In this document: positions 30,881-44,729 of the stretch, piece after piece
Layout of the letters: every line of letters starts with the position of its first letter
Position numbering within the stretch: position 1 is the first letter of the stretch
Origin: the human T2T-CHM13v2.0 reference genome, Homo sapiens
Length of the DNA: 64,000 nt
NCBI RefSeq assembly: GCF_009914755.1
Contig: NC_060937.1
Reading direction: 5' to 3' (one strand)
Translations under genes and position numbers: made by a program
Notes under the pieces: generated by a model
Database searches by the model: none
Told to the model about the DNA's origin: nothing
What the model saw: the letters and a program-made list of their open reading frames with translations, nothing else

Positions 30881-32429
30881 AAGGCTATGCAGGTTTCCTA
30901 AAGCATCAAATCACTTTTCCTATACATGACTTAACACTCACAATTCAAGCAAAATGTACTAAAATTTTTAAATGTCTCTGAATTTTTTTCTGAAGTAGCT
31001 AGAACAAGTTCACAAGTAATTTATCAACTTCTCAGTGCATTGTTCAAGACAATTAAAAAAAAGGAGAAGAAAAAAAATACTTGTATTAGTAGCCATCAGC
31101 AGAAATAAGGACTTCACTGGGGTATCTCTTGCAAGACTCTTGCTAAAACTTTGTAGAGTTTTTGGAAACAGCCCTTTAGGGTAAGCACCAATATATAACA
31201 GCAAAATATTACATTTCTTTAAGTTTCAGTCTTAAAATTAGCATTCCAAAAACCAGACTGGAGAGAAGACAAAGATGCAAGTAAGCATTATGATGTCTGT
31301 TTGCTGCCTGCCCTCTGTGTATAAGCACAACAGTAGGTACTTACACAGGGCAGACAGATTGATCAGAAGATCATGGTCCAACCTCACAAGGCTGACTGTT
31401 ACAAGGCATAAAGAAAGTGATTGCCACATTTGAAATGTTTTATTTAACCATGTGTAAGTTTAAAAGCAAAACTGATTAAATTCGCTCAAGTAAAATTTCC
31501 ATGTCTTGTCTCATCTGTATGTGCCCATACATGAGACTTACTAAACTTTCCCTGACTCTAAAACCAGAATGAAAATTTACAAATAAAGAAAGCACCAGAT
31601 AACACCTTGTTTAACAGACCTCAGTCACTTTGCTGCCATGAGGTCCTCCTGGGTCACTTTCAGTTCTAAAAATGTATGTGGCACATTAGAAAAAAATATC
31701 ACCTAACCCAGCAATATTTTCAGAGGCCAAGCCTTGCTCAACTGGACCATCTGGTATGATGAGTGTTTTAACAGCTGCCACTCTGTAAAGGGCTTCTCCA
31801 TTACCCATTCCTGCCAGAGTTGCTGGCTTGCTCTAGTTTATTTCCTCTATGGCTTTTCTTCTTTGAAGATTTGTGTTTGTGCAACTGTGGTACCCAGTTA
31901 ATTGTATTTATTTTAGGTATTTTCTACTTTGTATGGGTTGAACTGGCTTGAGAGAGATCATGCTGCTTTTGGTGGGGGGTGGGTAGTCACAAAATTTTTA
32001 AGACAGGTCATTACATTTTGAAATATGTATAAGTGTGTGTGTGCATGTGCACGTGTTTTAGAATTTAAGTGTTACAAATAATAAGTCCCTCAGAGTGTGT
32101 TTTGTTTGTTTTCTAGAACACAAAGAACTTTTGAAGTTTGGTTAATTTCCATGCTAAGAGTTCTGTGGAGTCAAGAGGCAGCATCCCCACTGTGAAACCA
32201 ATGGAACTCTCTTCAAGGATGCTCAGTGAAAGACAAAGTTTAAAAATGTACAGAACATAGAAACGCCAGCACCTGCAAAACCAGACTTGGGATTTGCCAC
32301 TTGTTTCTTGGAATTTAGGCTGCCCTGGGCTATGAGGGCTTTCTGTTTCTTTGCCTAGACATTCTTCTACAATTATTGAAAATCAGACCTAATTTTGCTT
32401 AGCTTCCCTTTGTTTTCAAGCATGGTCAT

Positions 32430-32888
32430 TGTGATGGTTAATACTGAGTGTCAACTTGATTGGACTGAAGGATACAAAGTATTGATCCCGAGTGTGTCTG
32501 TGAGGGTTTTGCCAAAGGAGATCAACATTTGAGTCAGTGGGCTGGTGAAGGGAGGCCCACCCTTAACCTGGGTGGGCACAATCTAATCAGCTGCCAGCAT
32601 GGCTAGAATATAAGCAGGCAGAAAAACGTGAAAAGAGAGACTGGCCTGGCCTCCCGGCCTGCATCTTTCTCCCGTGCTGGATGCTTCCTGCCCTCGAACA
32701 TCAGACCCCACGTTCTTCAGTTTTGGAACTTGGACTGGCTCTCCTTGCTCCTCAGCCTGCAGATGGCCTATTGTGGGACCTTGTGAGTGTGAGTTCATAC
32801 TTAATAAACTCATATATACATATATATATATATAAACTCATATATATGAGTTTATTAAGTATTATAAGTATTGTTATTAAGTATTAAC

Positions 32889-32963
<75 letters not shown>

Positions 32964-32989
32964 CCCTCTAGAGAACCCTGACTAATACA
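32430..32989 (+). mobile_element. MLT2A1 (HERV-L) solo LTR
   Basis: tgtgatggttaatactgagtgtcaacttgattgg...gagaaccctgactaataca; TG..CA ends; 5-bp TSD gtcat (32425-32429, 32990-32994). Confidence 0.92.
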
Positions 32990-33314
32990 GTCATCACTGT
33001 TACTTTAAACATAGGTAAACTCTCCCACTGGTTAAGGAAAAGACAGAAGCATCCACTTTTCTGGTGGCAACACGATGCTAGGTTCAATTTCTATAGTTAG
33101 CATAAAGAACTGGGAAATTTGAAGGCAAAAAGTCATATTTAAGTATCTCTGCAATGGGAATTTAAGTATTAAAAGATATCTATCTTACAGCAAACACATT
33201 TCAGTAAGGATTTTTTTTCTATGACCTATGTCAGCTCTACGCTGTTTCTTCTTGAAGGAGAACTATCCAATCCAATGCCATTTAAGTAGCTGTCATAAAG
33301 TCAGAATCTCTATC

Positions 33315-33316
33315 GA

Positions 33317-33376
<60 letters not shown>

Positions 33377-33385
33377 AGAAAGAAA
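33315..33385. repeat. (GAAA)n microsatellite
   Basis: About 15 perfect units plus a degenerate end. Confidence 0.95.
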
Positions 33386-33899
33386 ACTTGCTAAAATACT
33401 GTCTTCTTTTTAGCTGAGCTAATGGCTTCCCATCTAGCTCATTTTAAAGTAAAGGAGGGGGCTTCATTAATTTGAATTCTGTAATTACAGGTCTAGAATC
33501 ACAAACAAATTACTTCTAAAAATTAAATTTTAGAAGCCAGACCACTTAGCAAAAAACTATTCTAATAGAATTTAATTGAAAAATGCTAAATAACACAAAG
33601 ATGTATGATTCTTTTGGTAAAGAATATGTCAAAGTAGAAAGGTCACCATCACTCCACTGGAAGTAACGTAGAACTTCCTTGCGTGGGTAGAGAGAAAAGC
33701 AGTGAGAGAGTGGGAAGGATTGCAGGATTATGAAAGGACAAGAGTAGGAAACTGTACAGGAAGGAGCAGTGTTGACTGTTTGGGGACCTCATGGTGGGGT
33801 GAGGGGTTGGTGGTGGTGTTCATACAGTTAGTTAGAAACAGACATAAAAGATGCATGCATTCGTAGAGGCTCAACATGCAAGAGACTATACAGTGATCC

Positions 33900-34120
33900 C
33901 ACTGGAGCTTTGGAGTTAAAAAGCCAAAATTTTGATCCCAGACTCAGTCACCTACCAGCTACAAAGCTGGGGCAGTTACGTAACTTCCCAGGGCCTACAT
34001 TTCCTCATGTGAAACCCATGAGATGTGCATTTCTTCCTTGAAGCTTTGTTATGAGGATGAAATAACAACTGGCAAATGGATTAGCACAGTACCTGGCACA
34101 TAGTAGGAAGTCATTAAATA
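33900..34120 (+). mobile_element. MIR
   Basis: gggcagttacgtaacttcccagggcctacatttcctcatgtg...ttagcacagtacctggcacatagtagg. Confidence 0.75.
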
Positions 34121-35379
34121 CTTTCTTCCTTTCTACTAATTCTGTACCACTCACCACCATCGCCACTTGTACCAAATTCAAGAGTTTGGAAATTTTGTAA
34201 TCTGTAATAACAAACTCCATTCACTGTGGCTATATTCTTACAGCAAGCTACATAGTGTCTGATAGAGCCATCCAGCCATCACCTTCATCACCTATTTAAT
34301 AAAACTATTGTGAATCAATTCCTTGCTAAGAATTATATAAGTGAGCTATAGTGCCTCTAATCAGTGTTACTGATTATACAAGCTTTCTGGAAAGTGAAAA
34401 AAATGTGAAAACACAGAGATGAAGTCAGTTCAGTTCAGTGGAAGAACAACTGTGACATCTAAAGGCAGACAGCCAGGCTGAAACACAGTGTTGGAAACAT
34501 GCACAAAGCTATCATGCACATGGCAAATGGCATTGCTATGCACTGAAAGAGATTAAATATTCTTTTCTGCTCTTTATTTTATTGCACTTTCCAATTTAGT
34601 ACAGAACCCTTTTGCAATAAAACCAGAGTCTTTCTGAAAAGTAAATGTGTCCTTTCATTAATCACCACTTTCCACTTGTTTTTCTCAATTTCGCCATCAA
34701 GAAGTCTGCAGTACCACAAACCTTTGACTAGTGTGCTACCTTGATTAAGGCACAAAACGTTAAAAGCAAATTACTATGAAAGTATGAAACAATTTGCACT
34801 TAATGTTTCAGTCATATCTGTAAAAAATATGACTTAAATATAGTTTTATTAATAATACATATTTTAATTAAACGGCTGGAGGTGCATCTAGCAGCAAAAA
34901 ATTGAATCTTCTCTGGATTTCACATACCGGTATGATTCATGGGCAGTAAATATGCAAAGCTTTATGCCCATAAGGCAATCAAACTCCAAAGCTGATATGC
35001 ATGTTTTTATCTAAAAGAATGAAATCTCATAAGGACTAGAAATAAAAATAATAACAGACTGGTGTACCATTCTAATGAATTGGCTTTAGCCAACAGTATC
35101 TTTCTTATGTAATAAAATCATCCTTTCGGCTACAATTACATCCAATCCAACATTTTATGGAAGTAATAACTTACTTCCATTATTCTCATTACACAAGAAA
35201 ATCCTGTATATGTCCTTAATACATATTGAAAAACTTCACACATATTAATAATAAAATACTGGGATATGAGTGACCACCTTTGCAAAGCAGAAAATGCTTT
35301 CCCTTGCAGACAGTTTAGGTGTTGCTTAATCCCTAAAGGATCTCACTTTACTCCTGCTCTTTCCCTGGCATTTGCCTAG

Positions 35380-35777
35380 TGTATTAGTTTGCTAGTGTTG
35401 CCGTAACAAAGTACTGAAGATTGGGTGGCTTCAACAACAGCAATTTTCTTTTCTCACGAGGCTAGAAGTCTGAGATCAAGGTGTCAGTAAGGCTGTTTTT
35501 TTCTGAGGCTTCTCCCCTTGACTTACAGTTAGCCACCTTCTCCCTTGTCTTCACATGGGTCTCCCACTGTGTATGAATGTCTGTGTCCCAATTTCCTCTT
35601 TCTATGAACATATCAGTCATATCGGATTAAAGCCTTACCTTAACGACCTTGTTTCACCTTGTTTTAACTTAATTATCTATTGAAAGACCCTGTCTCCAAA
35701 TACAGGCACATTCTGAGGAACTGGGGGTTAGGACTTCAACATATGAATTTTGGTGGAACATAAATCAGCCAATAACA
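35380..35777 (-). mobile_element. MLT1A0-type solo LTR
   Basis: tgtattagtttgctag...ggacttcaacatatgaattt...cagccaataaca; TSD cct(a/g)g. Confidence 0.85.
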
Positions 35778-36203
35778 CCTGGAGATTATTTTTCAGTTAC
35801 ATACAGTTATATTATCTGCCTCTACATCACTTGGCATGGTATTTTGTCAACAAGAAAAGCCTGTTAAAATTTTAAGACTATGTAGAATGAACTCAAAAGC
35901 TAAGATTTTCATTTATATTTTATCTTTAGTTTGAATTTCTCTGAAAAATTGTGTTATATTTGTGATCATCACTTTAAAATACCTGAACAATTAAAAATGA
36001 AAAGTTGACTACTATTTAGCTAAAGGTGAGAGAACATAGTCCTTGTAACTATGCCAGACCCAACTGTAACTCAGGAGCCATATGTATCAGGTATCCCTGA
36101 AGCCATGCTAGTGAGGATACCTTGCAGGGATGAAGCCGACTTGGCATTGACTTTCCCAAGGTGACCAGGTGATCTGAACAGTACCTTTAAAACTCTATGG
36201 TTA

Positions 36204-37245
36204 AAAATTGGCAAATGGGATCTAATCAAACTAAAGAGCTTCTGCACAGTAAAAGAAACTATCATCAGAGTGAACAGGCAATCCACAGAATGGGAGAAAA
36301 TGTTTGCAAGTTACCCATCTAACAAATATCCAGAATCCACAAGGAACTTAAACAAATTTACAAGAAAAAAAAACAATCCCATCAAAAAGTTGGCAGAGGA
36401 TATGAACAGACACTTCTCAAAAGAAGACATCTATGTGGCCAACAAACATATGAAAAAAAGCTCATCATCACTGGTCACTAGAGAAATGCAAATCAAAACC
36501 ACAATGAGATACCATCTCACGCCAGTCAGAATGGCGATTACTAAAAAGTCAGAAAACAACAGATGCTGGTGAGGCTGTGGAGAAATAAGAATGCTTTTAC
36601 ACTGTTGGTGGGAGTGTAAATTAGTTCAACCGTTGTGAAAGACAGTGTGGCGATTCCTCAAGGATCTAGAACCAGAAATACCATTTGACCCAGCAATCCC
36701 ATTACTGGTTATACACCCAAAGGATTATAAATCATTCTACTCTAAAGACATATGCACACGTTTATTGCAGCACTATTTACAATAGCAAAGACTTGGAACC
36801 AACCCAAATGCCCATCAATGATAGTACAGATAAAGAAAATGTGGCACATATACACCATGGAATACTATGCAGCCATAAAAGAGGATGAGTTTATGTCCTT
36901 TGCAGGGACATGGATGAAGTGGAAGCCATCATTCTCAGCAAACTAACACAGGAACAGAAAACCAAACACCACATGTTCTCACTCATAAGTGGGAGTTGAA
37001 CAATAAGAACACATAGACACAGGGAGGGAAAGATCACACACTGGGGCCTGTTGGGAGGTGGGGGACAAGGGGAGGGAGAGCATTAAAACAAATATTTAAT
37101 GCATGCGGGGCTTAAAACCTAGATGATGGGTTGATAGGTGCAGCAAACCACCATGGCACATGTATACCTATGTAACAAACCTGCACGTTCTGCACATGTA
37201 TCCCAGAACTTAAGGTAAAATACAATAAAAATTAAATTACATTTT
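36204..37245 (+). mobile_element. L1PA8-like 3' fragment
   Basis: ORF2 C-terminal peptides; aatgcatgcggggcttaaaacctagatgatgggttgataggtg; TSD ending ctatggtta (36189-36203, 37246-37259). Confidence 0.9.
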
Positions 37246-38643
37246 AAAAACTATGGTTAGATGCATAGACATTTATAATTGTTTTGTCTTCCTAAGGAAT
37301 TGTCTCTTTAATCCTTATAAAATATCTCTCTTTATCTCTAATACTTTGAGTCTTGAAATCATCTCAACCTAAAATTTTAAAAAGTCACTCCAACCTCGAT
37401 ACGTTTATAATTTTTATGCCATATGTTGTTCCATCTGTTTACATTCAACCTATTTATGTCCTTATATTTAGTGTGCATTTCTTGTAGGGAGTACGTCCTA
37501 GATTCTTGCTTTTTTATCCACTATATCAATCTCTGCCTTTTAGTGTTTCAGCCATTAACATTTAATATAATTATTGATATGGTTGGATTTAGGCCTACCA
37601 TTTTTTATTTGTTTTCTGTTTTTCCCTCTGTGTTTTGTTTCTGTGTTTCTTTCATGCCTTCTCTTTGGTTACCTGAATATTTTTAGTATTCAATTTTAAT
37701 TTATTTGTTACTTTTTTAGCTCTCTCTTATTACATTTAGGGTTTTCTCTAGGGATTATAATGTATGTATCTTATCTTTCACAGTCTTCATAGAGTTAATA
37801 CTGTACTACTTCCTGTAAAATAGAATAGTCTTGAAATCAAATAGTCCCCCTCTGGCTGAAGTCTGTTATAGTTGCTACATGAATTATACCTACATATATT
37901 GAAAACCTCACCCAACAATGTTATACTGTTTGTTTCAATTGGTCATATGTATTTTAAAGAACTAAAAAAGAAAAATGATAGTATTTTATAATTATCCAAC
38001 AATATACCATCATGTTGTTCTTCTCACATTCCTAAAGACAAGTTTACCCCCAGCACCATTTTCCCCTTCATCTTAAAAGCATCCTTTAGCATTTCTTATA
38101 AAAAAGCTATGCTAGAAACAAATTTTCTTGTCTCCTTCATCCAAAAATATTTTTACTTAAAATTCTGAAAGATACCTCACAGGACTTAGAATTTTATTAA
38201 TAAATTAACAGCTCTTTTCTTTTAGCACTTTAAAGATGTCTCATTGTCTCCTGGCCTCCATAGATTCAGATGAGAAATCCACAGTAATTCAAATCATTGT
38301 GCACCTATATGCAAGCTGTTATTTTATCTGGCTGCTTTTAGGACATATTTATTTTTGATTTTCAGTGATACAATTATAATATGTCAAAGCCCGATTTTTT
38401 TTAATACATCTTATTTCCTCTTCACTGAGCTTTTTTTTGTAAATTTTTACTGTTCACCAAATTGGGCTTGGCTATTGTTTCTTCAAATATGTTTATTGTT
38501 TCAATCTTTCTCCTCTCCCCTGGAACTGAATTTTCACATGTTAGACCTTGTTATATTGTCCCACAGGTGCCTAAATTTCTGTGTTTTTTGTTGTTTGTTT
38601 CAATCTGCTTTGTTCATTGTTCTCTTCATTTTGAATAATTTCT

Positions 38644-39649
38644 TTTTTAAAAAATAGTTGTACATACTTATGAGGTAAATATATGTTTATATAAATATTT
38701 CATTTGTCATTATTAAATCAGAGTAATTAAGATACTCATCACCTCAAGTATGTATCATTTCTTTGTGTTAGGAATATCTCAATTCCTCTCTCTCTCTATA
38801 TATACACATATATATACACATACACGTATATATATACATATACATATATACACATATACGTATACATATACATATATACACATATACGTATATATATACA
38901 TATATACACATATACGTATATATATACATATATACACATATACGTATATATATATACATACACATATACGTATATATATACATATATACACATATACATA
39001 TAAATACACAATAAATTATTGTTGGCTATAGTGCTCTGTTGTGCTATCAAATACTGGATCTTATTCCTTCTATTTTTGCACCCATTAATCAGCCCCTCTT
39101 TAATCCTTCCTAGTTTCTAGCAATCATTTTAATCCTCCCTAGTCACTACCCTTCCTAGTCTCTAGTAACCATAATTCTACTCCCTATCTCAATGAGTTAA
39201 ATTTTTTTTAACTCCTACATAGAAATAAGATTATGAAATATTTGCCTTTCTGCACCTGGCTTGTTTCACTTAACAATGTCCTCTAGTTCCACCGATGTTG
39301 CTGTGAATGACAGGAATTCATTCCTTTTATGGCTGAATAGTAGTATTCCATTGTGTATATATACCACATTTTCTTTATCCACTCATCTGTTGTTGGACAC
39401 CTAGGCATATTCCATATCTTTGCTATTGCAAATGATGCCGCAGTAAACATGAGAGTGCAGATGTCTCTTTGGTATACTGATTTCCTTTCCTTTGGGTAAA
39501 TGCCTAGTAGTGGGGTTGCTGGATCATATCATAGTTCTATATTTTTAGTTTTAGTTTTCCATCTTTTTTTAGCTTTTTTTTTTGGAACCTTTATGCTGTT
39601 CTTCATGGTAGCTATACTGATTTACATTCCCACTGACAGTATACCAGAC
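38644..39649 (-). mobile_element. L1MA3/4-like 3' fragment
   Basis: catcacctcaagtatgtatcatttctttgtgttagga; TSD tgaataatttct (38632-38643, 39650-39661). Confidence 0.8.
38787..39003. repeat. TA/CA/CG compound repeat with a ~24-26 bp higher-order unit (atatacacatatacgtatatatatac)
   Basis: Directly visible; produces the spurious YIYTH ORFs. Confidence 0.9.
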
Positions 39650-41063
39650 TGAATAATTTCTATTGATCAGTCTTCAGGTTCACTGACTCTTTCTTCTGTC
39701 ATCTCCATTCTACTATTGAACCCACTCAGTGAAATATTTATTTCAGATATTTGACTTTCAATTCTAAAATTTCCATTTGGTTGTCCTTTATAATTTTTCT
39801 CTGCTGAACTGTATATTTTTCTTTACCTCATAGATCATAGACATTATAGCTTCTTTAATGTCTTTGTCTATTAATTCAACATGTGAGTCATCTAGGGTTT
39901 GGCATCTGTTCTTTCTTCTTTCCCTTGAAAATTAGTTCTATTTTTCTGCTATGTGTGTTTGTTTGATTTGAGTAATTTTAGATTGACGAATGTGATGTTC
40001 TATAGACTCTGGGTCCTACTGTAATTATCTGAGAAGTGTTGATGTTTTTGTTTTAGCATGCATTCGAGCCATTTAGGTTCATCTTCTGAGAGCAGCAGTT
40101 AAACTCTCAGGTTAGGTCTCCCAAGCTGTGCTACCTCATTTGAGACTGAGCCATATATGCATAGCTTAGGGGTTAGTCTGATACTTTTGTGGATTCACTC
40201 AGAGAAATAGGCATCTTTTTCTCTAGGCTCTCCTTTCCAAAATTCTTCTTAATACTCTCTGGCCCACAGATGCTTCTTTCCCTAGTTCTCCCAGCCAGAG
40301 AAACAGGATTTTTCCTAAGTTTCAGCTACCTCTGCCAAGTAACTACACACTGAGATTCACCCTCAGGGCAAAGCTAGGAGAGAAAAAACGAGGGCTCACT
40401 GTCCCTTCCCCATATGAGTTGCCTCTTCACAATCTGCCTACCTTTGTTTACTTTAATATCTGAGCCTTTGATAGATATTTTTTGTATTTTATCCAGAGCT
40501 TTTAGTTGTACTCAGCGAGTGGGATAGGCTGTATGGGTTTACATCAACATAGTGAAACAAAAATTCCCTAACCTACCTAGAACTTCCCTTTGTGACACAG
40601 CAAGGGAGAAAAGCTGTGGGGAATCGTCCTGTCTAGCTACCCTCACTCCTCCTGAGTCATGCAAGAACCCTAGAAATTACCTACAATTAGGCACGGGTAT
40701 GTATTAAGGAGGCCCAATAGCCTGACATTTGCCTAAAGTGTAAGCCCATCTACCCAGTTTTTAGGTCAGGATCAGAAGTAGCTGATTCCAACGACAGGTG
40801 TGGTAGCTCATGCCTGTAATCTCAGTTAACTGGGAAGTCGAGATGGGAAGATCGCTTGAGCCCAGGAGTTTGAAACAAAGCCCTGGAGTTTGAGACCAAC
40901 ATAACATGACAGCTCTACTAAAAAAGAAAAAGAAGGAAGGAAAGAAAGAAAGAAAAAATTAACCAAGTGTGGTGGTGCATACCTTTAATCCCAGCTACTC
41001 GGAAGGCTGAGGTGAGAGGACTGCTTGAGCCCAGGAATTCAAGACTGCGGTGAGCCGTGATTG

Positions 41064-42437
41064 TGTGTCCAGAATTGGTGGGTTCTTGGTCTCACTGACT
41101 TCAAGAATGAAGCCGCGGACCCTCGCTGTGAGTGTTACAGTTCTTAAAGGCGGCGTGTCCAGAGTTTGTTCCTTCTGATGTTCGGATGTGTTCGGAGTCT
41201 CTTCCTTCTGGTGGAGTTCGTGGTCTCGGTGGCTCAGGAGTGAAGCTGCGGACCTTCGCGGTGAGTGTTACAGCTCTTAAGGTGGCGCGTCTGGAGTTTT
41301 CCATTCCTCCCGGTGGGTTCGTGGTCTCGCTGGCTTCAGGAGTGAAGCTGAAGACCTTCGCAGTGAGTGTTACAGCTCATAAAGGCAGTGTGGACAAAGA
41401 GTGAGCAGCAGCAAGATTGATTGCAAAGAGCAAAAGAACAAAGCTTCCACAGCGTGGAAGGGGACCTGAGCGGGTTGCCACTGCTGGCGCTGGCAGCCTG
41501 CTTTTATTCTCTTATCTGGCCCCACCCTCATCCTGCTGATTGGTCCATTTCACAGAGAGCCGAGGGGTCTGTTTTGACAGGGTGCTGACTGGTGCGTTTA
41601 CAATCCCTGAGCTAGACACAAAGGTTCTCCACCTCCCCATTAGATTACCTAGATACAGAGTGTCGATTGGTGCATTCACAAACTCTGAGCTAGACACAGG
41701 GTACTGATTGGTGTGTTTACAAACCTTGAGCTAGATACATAGTGCCGACTGGTGTATTTACAATCCCCTAGCTAGACATAAAGGTTCTCCAAGTCTCCAC
41801 CAGACTCAGAAGCCCAGCTGGCTTCACCCAGTGGATCCTCCACCGGGGCCACAGGTGGAGCTGTCTGCCAGTCCCGCACTCTGCGCCGGCACTCCTCAGC
41901 CCTTGGGTGTTTGATGGGACTGGGAGCGGTGGAGCAGGGGGCGGCGCTCGTCGGGGAGGCTCAGGCTGCACAGGAGCCCACGGAGGTGGGGGAGGCTCAG
42001 GCATGGCAGCTGCAGGTCCCAAGCCCTGCCCCGCCGGCAGGCAGCTAAGGCCCAGCGAGAAATCCAGCACAGCGCCGGTGGGCCGGCACTGCTGGGGGAC
42101 GCAGCCGCTTGCCCAGGTGCTAAGCCCCTCATTGCCCGGGCCGGCAGGGCCGGCTGGCCGCTCAGAGTGCAGGGCCCCACGAACCCACACCCACCTGGAA
42201 CTCCCGCTGGCCCGCAAGCACCACGTGCAGCCCCGGTTCCCGCCCGTGCCTCTCCCTCCACGCCTCCCCGCAAGCTGAGGGAGCCAGCTCCGACCTCGGT
42301 CAGCCCAGGAGGGGACTCCCACAGTGCAGCGGTGGGCTGAAGGGCTCCTCAAGTGCTGCCAAAGTGGGAGCCCAGGCAAAGGAGGCGCCTAGAGGGAGCG
42401 AGGGCTGTGAAGGCTGCCAGCACACTGTCACCTCTCA
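41064..42437 (-). mobile_element. LTR12C (ERV9) solo LTR, complete
   Basis: Minus-strand ends tgagaggtgacag...ccaattctggacaca; 4-bp TSD attg (41060-41063, 42438-42441); CCAAT-containing ~41-bp repeats; GC-rich U3. Confidence 0.95.
41470..41790 (-). promoter_or_regulatory. LTR12C promoter/enhancer core
   Basis: Intact CCAAT (minus strand) at 41539-41543, 41666-41670 and 41707-41711; TATA-equivalent AATAAA at 41503-41508; activity not shown. Confidence 0.6.
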
Positions 42438-42499
42438 ATTGCACCACTGCACTCCAGCCTAGGACTGAGCGAGACTCTATCTCAAAAAGAACAAAAAAC

Positions 42500-42863
<364 letters not shown>

Positions 42864-44729
42864 TCAAGTAACTTTTTTGACATTATGGATTTAAACTTAT
42901 TACTCCTATACCCAGACTAATTTCAAACAAAGCCATCAAACAAAAATAAGATTAGATAAAGAACACCCTGAGGATAACACTTATCTCACTCAACTCTAAA
43001 AAGTAAGCCTCATATTGCCCTAAAACCAAGTTCGAAAGTTTGGGATTCATTTCCGTAAATCCATTATTACTCCAAGGAAGTAATTATAATTTCAGCAAGG
43101 TTGTAGAATGAGTACTGGCAGTGCCTGAAAATGCATTGATCCATTTAACAAATATGTATTGAGCACCTAAATACATTAGGCAATATTCTAGGCAACAAAA
43201 TTATTTTAAGATAGAAAAGTAAATTGGTAGACTCCGAAATTTGCTGCCAACACCTGAATGAGCAACTATTCTCTCCTTTTTCATGCTGTTACACTACTAT
43301 TTTTGCAATTTGCCTTTTTATTTATTGCAATGTATTTTTCTGATTTGACTAATGCATGTTATATGAGGCTGCAGTACAGTTAGGACTATTCTCAAAGAGC
43401 ATAGAAAATCACTGATTTGATGTAATACTGATGGCTTGGTGCACATATGACACTTCATTGAATGCTGCCAATGTGTGACAGCCACTAATAATCAAAAATA
43501 CAGTTAGCATATACAGAAGTCTTAAAGGAAATGATAGAGCTAAGTTATCATCCCTACTACCAAAACCAAGAGAGGAATAGGATGCTCTCAATCCTTTTCC
43601 CTCATCAGTTTTTTACCCTCTTTCCTGCTACCTGGAGTGCAGGAGAAAAGTGAGGTACTGGTGTGTATCCAGAGCAACAGCCCCACACAGTGCCCCTTTC
43701 CAAGATCGGTAATCTGATAGCAGTCATCCTGACACATCAATCTGCTCTCCCCACGCACAGGACTGAACTGGGTTTTCAAAGTCTGCAAAAAACTATCATG
43801 CATAAACACTATTGAGAAAAACGGGTAGAGACTCCCCAATTCACTGGAGCATTAAGTCAAGGTCTGACCATGTGCGGGAAGCTGAAGGCCAATTTGGATG
43901 TTCAGCAATTTACAACTACTGTACCCACCCTCCTTTTTGGTGATTTTGTTCTTTCTCCATTATTTCCAAGGTCTTCACTTTCTGTTGATAACCTTACTTT
44001 ATCGAAGTTCTTGGTTCAAGTTTCATCATTTGTTCAGTAAACATGTTTTTTTGCAGAGCAGTTTGTACAACGCCTGGTACTAAACATGGGAATCAATTAA
44101 CACAGAGAGACATGAAGATTCCAGTGCTCAAGGAGATTCACCCCTGGGTCACAAGCAGCCCTGTTGAGACCCTGAGTCTTTTAGAGCTGTGTCCTCTTCC
44201 TAAAGGCCTGCTGCTGCTTCTCACCTTTATTTACCACCCTCACACCGCTCCAGAGTGAGGCTATTGTGGGGGCCCATTTACTGCCTGACTCACAGTCCCC
44301 CATCCTCCCTGTCAGTCTTCCTCTGCCTCAGGAAGCCAAGACTGCTGCTGAGTCCTGCTAAAGTTTCTTTTTGTCACCATGTTCATTAAAAAGAAATTAA
44401 GTCCAAGACTTAATTCCTGCTCCCTCAAAGCCTAGAGCATAACAAAGAGCTTATTCTACAGAAATTAAAAGCATAGAAGTTACAAAAGTACTAAGTTCAG
44501 GTTTTTCATGTTTCCTAGATCAATGGAAGGAAGAGGCTCTCCCTGTGGAAATTAATTCAATTTTAATTCTATTTATATTAATAGTCTATTTTTCTCAGGG
44601 AAGAAAGATAACACTTCTAGAAGGAACATCTCTAAAAACTTATCTCCCTTTCTCTCCCCCTGACCCCAACTGAATGTACTGAGTTAATGTCTGTTGATGA
44701 AATGTTAAATTCCTCCAGATTACCCAAAC

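Larger units (their letters stand above)
37260..40555 (-). mobile_element. Old L1M (MD/ME-type) remnant including its 5' region, interrupted by L1MA
   Basis: T-rich; tttacattcaaccta, tttagcactttaaagatgtc, ttcagatgagaaatcc motifs. Confidence 0.7.

Noticed and set aside
38750-39050. ORFs rich in Y/I/H/T
   Set aside because: Translation of a microsatellite
41580-41790. Regularly spaced ~41-bp repeats resembling a CRISPR array
   Set aside because: Known tandem enhancer repeats of the ERV9 LTR; no unique spacers; eukaryotic DNA
41768-42379. 203-aa and overlapping GC-rich ORFs
   Set aside because: Entirely within LTR12C U3; stop-poor because of GC content
43632-43782. Minus-strand AG..GT segment with one open frame
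   Set aside because: Weak donor (gtagca) and unrecognisable peptide
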